Source: a virus. From it: DNA of 40,118 nucleotides. Positions 18,068 through 23,891 of the stretch are shown piece after piece. The notes beneath the pieces were generated by a model. The model saw only the letters and a program-made list of their open reading frames with translations. It was not told the origin of the DNA and made no database searches. How positions within the stretch are numbered: the stretch's first letter is position 1; every line of letters starts with the position of its first letter. The translations under genes and the position numbers were made by a program. The stretch lies in the UHGV virus genome UHGV-0211833; one strand, written 5' to 3'.

Positions 18068-18474
18068 ATTATATGTTGGATGAAGGAGCATTCAAACCGG
18101 AATATGCACATGCTGAAGACGCAGGGATGGACTTGAGGACGCCAATTCCGTTCAATGTTTTACCACATTCAAGCTATACGGTCGATACAGGGGTTCATGT
18201 GCAGCTCCCGCAAGGAACTGCAGGAGTATTAGTTTCAAAAAGCGGATTGAACGTTAAGCACGGCATCACGTCAACGGGACTTATTGACGAAGGCTACACA
18301 GGCTCAATCAGAGTGAAACTGTATAACCATTCTGAACGCCCATACCAATTTCAAACAGGGGACAAGGTTTCTCAACTGGTGATCATTCCAGTTTCTCACG
18401 AAACGTTGAAAAAAGTGCAGAAATTCCGTAAGACCTCACGTGGAGACAAAGGTTTCGGCAGTACGGGCAAATAA
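18064..18474 (+). CDS. dut: Trimeric dUTPase
   Basis: DAGMDL, SKSGL, GLIDEGYTG, SQLVI, RGDKGFGSTG motifs. Confidence 0.93.
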   Translation: MNYMLDEGAFKPEYAHAEDAGMDLRTPIPFNVLPHSSYTVDTGVHVQLPQGTAGVLVSKSGLNVKHGITSTGLIDEGYTGSIRVKLYNHSERPYQFQTGDKVSQLVIIPVSHETLKKVQKFRKTSRGDKGFGSTGK

Positions 18475-18497
18475 GTTTTAAGGAAGGGGTAATCGTT

Positions 18498-18842
18498 TTG
18501 AATTTGAGAAAAGTCAACGCAACAAAAACTGCAAGACAAGTAAAAGTGTTTCTGAGGGAAGATTACCCCGTTTTGCTGGCGAGAGCCGGTGTTTCGCATG
18601 AATTTTTGGAATCAGAAGAAGAGGGCACTGAATTTCTCAATCAAGTAAAAGAAGCGTATTTCAAGTGTTTGCCGTTGCATAAACAGATTATCTCGTTACG
18701 GCTCAAACGAACGACCGATTACAACATCGCAAAAGAAATCGGCTATGAGATTACGCAAACGAGGCAATTCAAAATTGCGGCATACGTGGAATTTGCAGAA
18801 CGCTTAGCGGCATTGAGTGATCTTGATTTGAGAGTGTGGTAA
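18498..18842 (+). CDS. ArpU-family late transcriptional activator
   Basis: KTARQVKVFL..DY, IAKEIGYE..Q....K..AYVEFAE, DLRVW. Last gene of the early/middle block. Confidence 0.75.
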   Translation: MNLRKVNATKTARQVKVFLREDYPVLLARAGVSHEFLESEEEGTEFLNQVKEAYFKCLPLHKQIISLRLKRTTDYNIAKEIGYEITQTRQFKIAAYVEFAERLAALSDLDLRVW

Positions 18843-18995
18843 AATATAACTAAATTAAATAAAATTTAAAACACAAAAATTCTTTTTATTGTTATTAGTG
18901 GAACCTTGTCAAACTGGTCTTTGAGTGAGTGAGTGGTTGATCGGGTTTTGATTGATAAAAAAACACGGCCTGTTTTAAGGACCGTGTTTTTTATT
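18837..18995 (+). ncRNA. Putative small RNA unit, copy 2
   Basis: TGGTAAAAT, identical 21-nt core at 18918-18938, AAAACACGG/CCGTGTTTT terminator. Confidence 0.5.
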
Positions 18996-19010
18996 TTCCT
19001 TGTTTTTCGC

Positions 19011-19314
19011 TTTCTTTCAGGATTTCTGATTTTGAATTTTTGGATTTCAGATTTCCTAATTTTGAATTTTGGATTTTCTGATTTTAAAAAATGGTTCCTC
19101 CTGGGCGCCGATTATCGAAATCAGAAGCGGCGATTATCAGTATTAGTTTTATACTTTTCCTTTTATTCTTTTTTATTCTTTTTCTTTTTTATTTTATTTT
19201 TTGCCGTCTTGAAATGCTGCACAAAAAATGCAAAATTTTTCATTTTTTGAATTCCTGATTTTGAAAAATAGGCTTGACGAGCTTGTAAAAAGCCAATTTA
19301 GAAGCGGCGATTAT
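19011..19314. repeat. T-tract-rich degenerate repeat region
   Basis: Repeated GATTT(C/T)TGATTTTGAATTTT-like units, AGAAGCGGCGATTAT at 19123 and 19300. Confidence 0.7.
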
Positions 19315-19451
19315 TGGCCTGAAGAATAGATTTTGTGTGCGATGCACAATAGCCACATAGAACCAACAAGCACGCTAAAAAAGCCTGTAACGTGCTTAAA
19401 AATGCACGGGGGCAAACTCTATCAGATGAGCTTAAAACGTCTTAAAACGCA

Positions 19452-19673
19452 TTACAGAGCTTTTAACTTTTCATCGATTGCATCCCTCAACGCTTGCAGG
19501 TCTTCCCGATAGCGGTCAACACCGACTGCAGCTACTGCCTCAACAGCTTTAGCTGTGGTCATGCGTGCAAAAGCACGGGCGGCCGATTTCTGTTTTCTGT
19601 AATACACTTGCTCGGGGTTGCTGGCATCGTATTTCTGTACTGCTTTAAGTTGTGCTTCGCTTGTTTTTTTCAT
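19452..19673 (-). CDS. Small putative regulator (TSEAQ.KA..KY type), last gene of the leftward island
   Basis: 73 aa, AGGAG RBS, TSEAQLKAVQKY...KSAARAF...DL..L...I.EKL. Confidence 0.7.
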   Translation of the reverse strand: MKKTSEAQLKAVQKYDASNPEQVYYRKQKSAARAFARMTTAKAVEAVAAVGVDRYREDLQALRDAIDEKLKAL

Positions 19674-19691
19674 GATTATCTCTCCTTTTAC

Positions 19692-20621
19692 TTACTTAAC
19701 TTTATGAATTGTTGTTGGCAGATCGTCAGGGGAACTCGCGTTAATGTAAACAGGTTCAATCCACTTCAGGATACGCTCACGATCTGCACTGTCTCGTTTT
19801 CCCGTCCAAAAATGCGACCAGTGGCCACGTCTTAAATGCGGGCGGGGGCGTGCGTGCTGCTTATGATCGCCACCTTTGCGCTGCGTTTTTGCAGCGTATG
19901 AGCGATTACGCTTAATCGTGGCGCCTACACGTACCCCAACATCCCAACGTCTAACCGGGCACTTATCGGTTGCTTTCGGTGTCTTTCCGGGTTGTGTGGT
20001 GGTCGGTCTGCGCTCTTGCACGTCAGCGTTAGCAGCACATAGGTATAACAACAACTGCACTATCAGTTTAGATGCTCTTGTCGTATTGCTATTTGGCGAG
20101 CGGACAAACTCAGCGCCATAATGTCGGGCTTCTTCAATACTTAGTTTTTCGTTTTCTTCAAACGTTCTAGCATCCAAGTGAATATCCAACTGCCCGAACG
20201 CCAGAGTGTCTACGGACACAAACAGGCACTTGATCACGTCTTCTTTTTTCAGGGCAAAGAATCCGTCCATGGGTGTGTCTTGCGGGCCTGTCAGTTTAAC
20301 GGGCATGCAGATGTATGCACACTTAAACGGCAGGCGTTTCAACGTGTCGCTGGCAACCGCTAAATCGGTTTGATCGCTCAAAGTCTCAAATAGTGTCTTG
20401 TCAAAGTCGTATATAGCTTTGGCATCTTTTAGCCATGCGCCCTCAAAAACGTTGGTAAGCGCATAGCCCAACGCATTAAAGCCTTCAGCATTGGTACACT
20501 CTTTTATGATATCCAGTGATTGTTGGACGTCTTGCACTGTTGACAATTCCGGCACAACGGCTAACAGTTTATCATACCGCTTTTGCAACTCAAGCGGTAT
20601 GAGTTTTCGTTTCCTCTTCAT
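19692..20621 (-). CDS. AcrVA2/FinQ-family protein (anti-CRISPR homolog)
   Basis: Collinear motifs GAW....IY.FD, LP..C.Y, GFFA, LLYLC....D, G.R.G, RPH.RRGHW..FW.G and W..PV.IN match AcrVA2 as recalled. Confidence 0.8.
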   Translation of the reverse strand: MKRKRKLIPLELQKRYDKLLAVVPELSTVQDVQQSLDIIKECTNAEGFNALGYALTNVFEGAWLKDAKAIYDFDKTLFETLSDQTDLAVASDTLKRLPFKCAYICMPVKLTGPQDTPMDGFFALKKEDVIKCLFVSVDTLAFGQLDIHLDARTFEENEKLSIEEARHYGAEFVRSPNSNTTRASKLIVQLLLYLCAANADVQERRPTTTQPGKTPKATDKCPVRRWDVGVRVGATIKRNRSYAAKTQRKGGDHKQHARPRPHLRRGHWSHFWTGKRDSADRERILKWIEPVYINASSPDDLPTTIHKVK

Positions 20622-20682
20622 TTAAATCACCTCTTACGCTTGTTTTTCCGGATCCGTCAGTTCCTTCGACCGTGATAAGCAT
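20590..20682 (-). pseudogene. Truncated thymidylate-kinase-like P-loop fragment
   Basis: GAGG RBS plus MLITVEGTDGSGKTSV, then runs out of frame into the acr start. Confidence 0.55.
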
Positions 20683-20707
20683 TTTTTAAAACCTCGTTTC
20701 TTTAATG

Positions 20708-20740
20708 AAAAAGGCTAGCCGCACATGACCAGCCTTTTTT
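20708..20740. terminator. Bidirectional terminator
   Basis: AAAAAGGCT...AGCCTTTTTT. Confidence 0.65.
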
Positions 20741-20754
20741 AATCGTGTTTTTTC

Positions 20755-20997
20755 TTAGCCTTCAATGTATTTAGAATGGTTATAATCGTTACCATCTTCA
20801 TCAACCATGTAAAATTGATCTTCATCAGCGATTAACTCATCGATTGTAAGATTATATTCTTTGCTTTCACGTTTTAACATCTCTACATATTCTTTTTCAG
20901 GTATGATAACGCCCGTGTTGCGGTCTTTATAAAAAACAGTTGAGTCGATTTCGATGTTTGTTCCTTCATAGTATTTTTGTTCTTGTTCTTTTTTCAT
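20755..20997 (-). CDS. Small acidic hypothetical protein (Acr candidate)
   Basis: 80 aa, D/E rich, RBS present. Confidence 0.7.
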   Translation of the reverse strand: MKKEQEQKYYEGTNIEIDSTVFYKDRNTGVIIPEKEYVEMLKRESKEYNLTIDELIADEDQFYMVDEDGNDYNHSKYIEG

Positions 20998-21074
20998 GAT
21001 TCCTTACCTCTTGTCTTTCTTTTTTATTATCTTCCTTACAAGTATATAATAACACGGTATATAAGGGGCTATTT

Positions 21075-21152
21075 TTAATCTTCGTCTTTAAAAAACGGCA
21101 ACAACACACATAGCACGATTGCCGCCATTAGGTAGCCTGACAATTTAATCAT
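21075..21152 (-). CDS. 25-aa single-TM peptide
   Basis: MIKLSGYLMAAIVLCVLLPFFKDED, GAGG RBS, overlaps the upstream stop. Confidence 0.45.
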   Translation of the reverse strand: MIKLSGYLMAAIVLCVLLPFFKDED

Positions 21153-21906
21153 TATCGGCTTCCTCCTCTTCGTCTTCCTCGTATTCCCATAAATCAGCAA
21201 CCGGATCACCACCGGCTAAAAGTTTGTAGCGCATTTGATCATATGCATCGGCATCCGTCAAGCTTGCGAAGTGGCGCCCGTTTTCATCGTAAAAATCAAG
21301 CGTCTGTTCAACTGCGCTAGTTTCGATGCGGTAGTTGTCAAAATCAAAAAAGTTGCAGTAGTCCAGGATCGAACTTATTTCGGAAAGAAGCAGCTGTTCA
21401 TAAATGCAGCCTACACGAAGCGGGTCATCTCCCCAGTAGTGAGCACGGTTAAGCGTGACCGTCAACATATCATCTTTGTAGACGTACTCGCCGACTTTTA
21501 AATAAACTGATTCGTCTTCCAATTCGGCATAGACGTTTTTTTCATCAATCCCGATGTGAAGTTGTGAATCGATCGTTAATTTTTCTTCGGCTTCTTCTTC
21601 GGTCAGTGTTTCATAAACTGACTCAAAATGCGGATGCGGATTGAGCCAGTAGCCTTTTTCTTCGGCATCGTCTTCGTCGCCGATTTCGTCAATATCGAAG
21701 TTATCAATGAAGCCAGCTTTCAAGGCGTTTTCGAGAAGCTCCTTGATGTTGTCCCCGCCAAGATCTTCCCAATCGGCTCGGTTTTCCTCGCTGACGTGCA
21801 TCGTGCTGCCTGCATTCTCGCCTATGTCTTGCCATAAATCGCAAGCCTGATTCCATGTGTGCGCACCAAGAACTACGTTATTAACTTTGATTGCGTAATA
21901 TTTCAT
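21145..21906 (-). CDS. Extremely acidic hypothetical protein (DNA-mimic or Acr candidate)
   Basis: 253 aa dominated by D/E and aromatic residues, AGGAGG RBS, directly downstream of hammerhead 2. Confidence 0.8.
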   Translation of the reverse strand: MKYYAIKVNNVVLGAHTWNQACDLWQDIGENAGSTMHVSEENRADWEDLGGDNIKELLENALKAGFIDNFDIDEIGDEDDAEEKGYWLNPHPHFESVYETLTEEEAEEKLTIDSQLHIGIDEKNVYAELEDESVYLKVGEYVYKDDMLTVTLNRAHYWGDDPLRVGCIYEQLLLSEISSILDYCNFFDFDNYRIETSAVEQTLDFYDENGRHFASLTDADAYDQMRYKLLAGGDPVADLWEYEEDEEEEADND

Positions 21907-21940
21907 GCTGAAGACCTCCTAAAGTCTGTTTTAAATTCGC

Positions 21941-22004
21941 GGCCTGTCTCATCGGTGCAGGGTGGCCATGTCCTACAGACGGGGCATCAGAACCCCGTTT
22001 CGAC
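21941..22004 (-). ncRNA. Type II hammerhead ribozyme (CCGAUGA core variant)
   Basis: GUC-GAAA-CGGGG/CCCCG-UC^-UGUAGG/CCUGCA-CCGAUGA-GAC. Loop I UGGCC can pair with the 3' GGCCG (pseudoknot). Confidence 0.85.
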
Positions 22005-22414
22005 TAGTATTCAATGAATTTGATTTCGAGACTGATTTCAGCGTCAATTTCTTTTTCATTCCAAAGTTCGTTCACTTTGGAATTGGCCTCGTTGTAGCGA
22101 TCAAAGCGCCCAACCTCGTTGCAATTCTCATCTTCGACAACGAAGATAGGGCGGGCCTCGATGATCGGATCGCCTACATATCCATCTTTGCCGATCTCGT
22201 ACAGGGTATCATATGAGATCGTGTGCGTGGTTAACACACACATAGCATGTCGCTTGAACCAAGCTTTCACTTGGCCAAGTGTGCCGGTCGGCGTTGCCCA
22301 GTCCGAATCGCATTCATTGACCGGGTCATTAATGCGTCCTGCATCGAATTCCTCGAAAGAAACTGTAGTTGTTTCCATCATCAAATCTTCTTCACCGTAA
22401 ATCTTTTTCGTCAT
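22004..22414 (-). CDS. Acidic hypothetical protein (136 aa)
   Basis: Start re-placed at MTKKIYGEE behind AAGGAGG. Flanked by both hammerheads. Confidence 0.75.
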   Translation of the reverse strand: MTKKIYGEEDLMMETTTVSFEEFDAGRINDPVNECDSDWATPTGTLGQVKAWFKRHAMCVLTTHTISYDTLYEIGKDGYVGDPIIEARPIFVVEDENCNEVGRFDRYNEANSKVNELWNEKEIDAEISLEIKFIEY

Positions 22415-22431
22415 TTTAATTTTCCTCCTTA

Positions 22432-22492
22432 AGGCTATCTCATCAGTGCACGGCGCCTGTTCCGTACAGACGGGAATTTCTTCCCGTTTCGA
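22432..22492 (-). ncRNA. Type II hammerhead ribozyme (canonical core)
   Basis: UC-GAAA-CGGGAA/UUCCCG-UC^-UGUACGG/CCGUGCA-CUGAUGA-GA. Loop I AGGC pairs with the 3' GCCU. Confidence 0.9.
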
Positions 22493-22496
22493 ATTT

Positions 22497-22526
22497 ATTA
22501 TAAGTCTTGACTTAGACAAATGTCAA
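22497..22526 (-). promoter_or_regulatory. Sigma-A promoter with spacer operator
   Basis: TTGACA-18-TATAAT, TAAGTCTTGACTTA at 22501-22514. Confidence 0.85.
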
Positions 22527-22535
22527 GCGCTTTTT

Positions 22536-22736
22536 TTAATTTGTTTTAGGAAAGTTCCTATATCCCTGAATGTACCAGGTAGCGTCGCCATCCTTTTTAT
22601 AGGCTGACCAGTTCCAGCCGTAAATACCGGCATTGTAGCCGACTTCTTTATATCCTTCGGCGAAGGTGTCTACCGTGAGGGGCAAGGTTACAACCTTACC
22701 GATGATGTCTTTTCTTGTTAACTTTGCTTTCTTCAT
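22536..22736 (-). CDS. Small hypothetical protein
   Basis: 66 aa, AAAGGAAG RBS, own promoter, GYNAGIYGWNW motif. Confidence 0.75.
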   Translation of the reverse strand: MKKAKLTRKDIIGKVVTLPLTVDTFAEGYKEVGYNAGIYGWNWSAYKKDGDATWYIQGYRNFPKTN

Positions 22737-22764
22737 TTTGATTACTTCCTTTCTTTATGACTTA

Positions 22765-22793
22765 AGTATAAGTCGCGACTTAGATAATATCAA
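22765..22793 (-). promoter_or_regulatory. Sigma-A promoter with spacer operator
   Basis: TTGATA-17-TATACT, TAAGTCGCGACTTA at 22769-22782. Confidence 0.85.
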
Positions 22794-22800
22794 CTACTTT

Positions 22801-22995
22801 TTAATTTTTTTCATCGTCTCGGTCGATGACGAGTAAAGCGATGATTATAGCGGCTAGCATGATCAGCCGACCTTGACTCGTGCGCAACAGATAGAAATTC
22901 AACTGTCCGATGTACGCCATCAGGCAATCAAATATAAATTTGAGAAGGTAGCCAAAGTTAACTGCCTTTTCGATTACGAACCACTTCAGACTCAT
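22801..22995 (-). CDS. Small membrane protein
   Basis: 64 aa, hydrophobic C-terminal helix, AAAGGAAG RBS, own promoter. Confidence 0.6.
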   Translation of the reverse strand: MSLKWFVIEKAVNFGYLLKFIFDCLMAYIGQLNFYLLRTSQGRLIMLAAIIIALLVIDRDDEKN

Positions 22996-23028
22996 TCTTC
23001 ATTACTTCCTTTCGTTCTTTATGGTTTA

Positions 23029-23057
23029 AGTATAAGTCTTGACTTAGAGAAAGTCAA
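23029..23057 (-). promoter_or_regulatory. Sigma-A promoter with spacer operator
   Basis: TTGACT-17-TATACT, TAAGTCTTGACTTA at 23033-23046. Confidence 0.85.
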
Positions 23058-23146
23058 CAGCTTTTTGAAAAAATCTTCTGTCTTTTTTCTGTTATAAAAA
23101 CGATAAGCGTTAACTTATATATCTTTTATAGTTGTGTATATAGGAA

Positions 23147-23443
23147 GTGATTTGTTTGAAGCAGGTAAACCCTTTTTATAAAACGCCTGAATGGCGGGCG
23201 CTGCGACGCTTAGCGCTGAAGCGTGATCACTTTGAATGCGTTGAGTGCAAACGTCAGGGGCTAGTTAGTGACAGTCATATGCTGCAGGTTGATCATATAC
23301 AGCCATTAGACGAGCGCCCAGACTTAGCGCTTAAGTTAAGCAACTTACAATGCTTGTGCCCACATCATCACAATCTCAAGCACGGGCGATTTGACAAGAT
23401 GCAGCAACGGCCGAAGCGGTGGCTCGATGAACGGTGGGACTAA
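23147..23443 (+). CDS. Terminase-associated HNH endonuclease
   Basis: FYKT.EWR..R...L.RD...CVEC, VDHI.P, NLQCLC..HHN.KH. Confidence 0.9.
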   Translation: MICLKQVNPFYKTPEWRALRRLALKRDHFECVECKRQGLVSDSHMLQVDHIQPLDERPDLALKLSNLQCLCPHHHNLKHGRFDKMQQRPKRWLDERWD

Positions 23444-23512
23444 CCCCCCCGCCTTAAAAAAGTAGACGTTTAGGTGAAAAACGGGGACCGGTGGAGGGGG
23501 GTCATCTTCCTA
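23444..23512. other. Putative cos region
   Basis: CCCCCCGCC...GGAGGGGGG tract between HNH and terS, the usual cos position in HK97-like phages. Confidence 0.55.
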
Positions 23513-23570
23513 AAAAAAGCCCTAAAAAATACGTGACCTATTAGGTCGAGGGAGAAAGGAGCAACTAATA

Positions 23571-23891
23571 ATGGCTATTAGTTTTCAATTATCGAAAATT
23601 CGAAAGCAGTTAGAACAGGAAGTCGATGCAGATAACCCTATTATTGCTGAAAAGATTGAACGGTATATCTCGTTAACGCAACGCTATTACGAAATGAACG
23701 AAGCAGTCGGGGACACGTTGTTAGTCCCAACGCAAACTGGCGGAGTTCGTTCGAACCCAGGACTGGGCGAAATGGTAAAAATCAACGGGCAACTAATCAA
23801 TCTGTCGAAAGACATGGGATTGTCTGCTCCTCCTCCTGGGGCAAAAGCATTGGAAAATGCTAAGCGGTGCAAAGTAAGTGATCTTGTATGA
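23571..23891 (+). CDS. terS: Terminase small subunit (P27-like)
   Basis: IERY, .NP...M.KIN.QL..L....GL, directly upstream of terL. Confidence 0.8.
   Translation: MAISFQLSKIRKQLEQEVDADNPIIAEKIERYISLTQRYYEMNEAVGDTLLVPTQTGGVRSNPGLGEMVKINGQLINLSKDMGLSAPPPGAKALENAKRCKVSDLV

Noticed and set aside
18933..19250. 105-aa Phe-rich ORF
   Set aside because: It is the translation of a terminator and T-rich repeats, with no RBS.
19423..19450. CAGATGAG...AAAACGTC resembling a third hammerhead
   Set aside because: The core is mismatched and P1/P3 stems cannot be formed.
22415..22519. N-terminal extension of ORF 22004..22519 in the ORF track
   Set aside because: It overlaps the promoter and hammerhead 1. 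The real RBS (AAGGAGG) precedes ATG 22414.
22497..23057. Regularly spaced repeats as a CRISPR or mini-array
   Set aside because: Spacing is ~265 bp, the intervening sequences are genes, the repeats are promoter-operators, and there are no cas genes.
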